A DNA stretch of 33,299 nt from a candidate division WOR-3 bacterium (GTDB lineage: Bacteria; Hydrothermota; Tepidihabitantia; SM23-42): assembly GCA_023128195.1 (NCBI GenBank), contig JAGMEL010000148.1:1-33299 (forward strand), written 5' to 3'. Both the position numbers and the translations under genes were made by a program. Each line of letters begins with the position of its first letter. Within the stretch, counting starts at the first letter, position 1. This document shows, piece after piece, positions 31,959 to 33,299 of this stretch. The notes below the pieces were generated by a model. That model was not told the DNA's origin. It saw only the letters and a list, made by a program, of their open reading frames with translations, and did no database searches.

Positions 31959-31975
31959 AATTAGAAAGGAGATTT

Positions 31976-32218
31976 ATGATATTTGTTTCTACACTTGATG
32001 TTATTCCGGGTAAGGTTGATGATTTGCAGGAAATTATCAAATCTCTTGAAGTACCTGAGGATATTAAAATAAGAGAATTCCTTACCTTGTTTGGTAAACC
32101 CGATTATCTTTTGACTTTTGAAGCTCCTGATGAGGAAAAAGCGATGTCTTTTATCCTAAAATTTGTATCGGTTGCAGTTCCTAAAACCTCAGTAGGAGTA
32201 CCAGTGGAGAAGGTGTAA
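31976..32218 (+). CDS. GYD-domain-like small protein
   Basis: 80 aa. FGKPDYLLTFEAPDEEKAMSF resembles the G-Y-D core with the following acidic helix. The stop overlaps the thiC start (TAATG). Confidence 0.5.
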   Translation: MIFVSTLDVIPGKVDDLQEIIKSLEVPEDIKIREFLTLFGKPDYLLTFEAPDEEKAMSFILKFVSVAVPKTSVGVPVEKV

Positions 32219-33299
32219 TGACTAATATGCTTCAGCGAATTGCAAAAAAAGAAGATGTGTCAGTTCAATATTTGAAAAAGGGAATTAAAAAAGGTCACAT
32301 AGTTTTAGTGAAAAACCGAAAACATCGCATCACTCCAATTGCAATTGGTCATGGACTGAGCACAAAAGTCAATGCCAATATCGGAACATCTCCAGATGTT
32401 GCTAATATAAGATACGAATTGAAAAAATTGGAGGTAGCGATTAAGGCTGGGGCAGATACAGTTATGGATCTTTCAACCGGAGGGAATGTCGATCGTATAA
32501 GAAAAGCAATTGTTAAGGCATCCCGGGTGCCAATTGGGACAGTACCCATTTATCAGGTTGCAATTGAATCGCAAAAAAAGAAAAGACCTTTTCTCAAGGC
32601 ATCAGTAGACGAAATTTTTCAGGTGATTGAACGTCATCTTGATGACGGGGTTGATTTTATCACGGTCCACTGTGGTGTAACCAGAGAGAGTATCAAGGGG
32701 CTAAAACGAAAGAAACGGGTCTGCGGAGTTGTCAGCCGCGGCGGTTCAATGATGATCGAATGGATGGCGTTTAACAAAAGAGAGAATCCACTTTATGAAT
32801 ATTATGATCGTTTGTTAAAATTGGCAAAAAAATATGATGCGACCTTGAGCCTTGGTGATGGTCTTAGACCCGGGACAATCGCAGATTCAACCGATAGGTA
32901 TCAGATAAAAGAGCTTATTGTAATCGGTGAGTTAGTAAAATGGGCAAGGGATGAAAAAGTTTCAGTAATGGTAGAAGGACCAGGCCACATTCCAATACAT
33001 GAAATTGAGGCAAATATTCGATTGGAAAAGAATATTTGTGATGGTGCGCCTTTTTATGTTCTTGGTCCACTGGTCACTGATATAGGGGCAGGATATGACC
33101 ATATTGTATCTGCAATTGGTGGAGCCATGGCAGCATATTATGGAGCTGATTATTTGTGTTATGTAACACCATCCGAACATCTGGGTCTACCTAATGTTGA
33201 AGAGGTAAAGGAAGGTGTTATAGCTTCAAAACTGGCTGCGCACGCTGCAGATATTGCAAAAGGAATAAAGAAGGCAAGGCAAGCTGATCTTAAGGTAGC
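32218..33299 (+). CDS. thiC: Phosphomethylpyrimidine synthase ThiC (radical SAM); 3' end runs off the window
   Basis: Not in the ORF track because there is no stop. My translation is MTNMLQRIAKKEDVSVQYLKKGIKKGHIVLVKN...KVNANIGTS...DTVMDLSTGG...GTVPIYQ...VDFITVHCGV...VSRGGS...LSLGDGLRPG...VMVEGPGH...APFYVLGPLVTDIGAGYDHI...YVTPSEHLGLP, which is colinear with ThiC signatures. Confidence 0.93.
   Translation, partial: MTNMLQRIAKKEDVSVQYLKKGIKKGHIVLVKNRKHRITPIAIGHGLSTKVNANIGTSPDVANIRYELKKLEVAIKAGADTVMDLSTGGNVDRIRKAIVKASRVPIGTVPIYQVAIESQKKKRPFLKASVDEIFQVIERHLDDGVDFITVHCGVTRESIKGLKRKKRVCGVVSRGGSMMIEWMAFNKRENPLYEYYDRLLKLAKKYDATLSLGDGLRPGTIADSTDRYQIKELIVIGELVKWARDEKVSVMVEGPGHIPIHEIEANIRLEKNICDGAPFYVLGPLVTDIGAGYDHIVSAIGGAMAAYYGADYLCYVTPSEHLGLPNVEEVKEGVIASKLAAHAADIAKGIKKARQADLKV

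Noticed and set aside
19505-33180. Further shadow ORFs in the right half (19505-19882, 21432-22211, 22361-22969, 23594-24007, 24495-25192, 25771-26171, 27444-27641, 28066-28284, 28730-28927, 29156-29353, 29922-30281, 31141-31341, 32349-32549, 32962-33180)
   Set aside because: Same reasoning as above. The last two lie antisense within thiC, which is itself missing from the track only because it has no stop codon in the window.

Overview
AT-rich bacterial chromosomal segment, probably from an uncultivated lineage that uses sigma-54; I cannot assign taxonomy from sequence alone. I call about 40 protein genes and no rRNA, tRNA or CRISPR.

Gene order:
- Left edge: a truncated nuoE/hndA-like gene, missing from the ORF track.
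- Minus-strand block: pepA, a zinc-ribbon/Cache/PAS histidine kinase and an NtrC-type sigma-54 activator. It is followed by gdhA, which has an exact-consensus sigma-54 promoter and an upstream inverted repeat.
- Plus-strand housekeeping and envelope block: aminotransferase, LpxL/HtrB-type acyltransferase, dut, GT4 glycosyltransferase, MFS transporter, CE4 deacetylase and a TPR protein.
- A four-helix-bundle (23S-IVS/Avd-family) gene cassette and a thrC-like gene whose PLP lysine reads Asn.
- Accessory stretch (about 15.8-22.5 kb): HExxH proteins, an AbiEi/AbiEii toxin-antitoxin pair, a MITE-like palindromic element, an acidic lipoprotein and a secreted serpin-fold protein.
- Right side: CDF transporter, GNAT, ComB-like phosphatase, prenyltransferase-repeat protein, csp, thiE, hpf-hprK-EIIA(Man), an acyl-CoA ligase, a second four-helix-bundle cassette, a small EF-Tu-domain-2-like protein, a GYD protein and a truncated thiC (also not in the ORF track).

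Most interesting observations:
1. A 5.2-kb island is bracketed by a perfect 27-bp direct repeat. The repeat duplicates the 5' end of a small HExxH gene.
2. The island carries a protease/inhibitor-flavoured gene set next to AbiE.
3. Both four-helix-bundle genes are framed by inverted repeats built on a TGCAG(N)ATC motif. One frame consists of arrays of 9-mers alternating with hairpins.
4. Several intergenic repeat structures: a perfect 102-bp tandem duplication, a 163-bp insert with an octamer array that splits an acyltransferase/dut junction, and apparently leaderless divergent promoters.

All functional calls come from reading motifs by eye. No database search was run.
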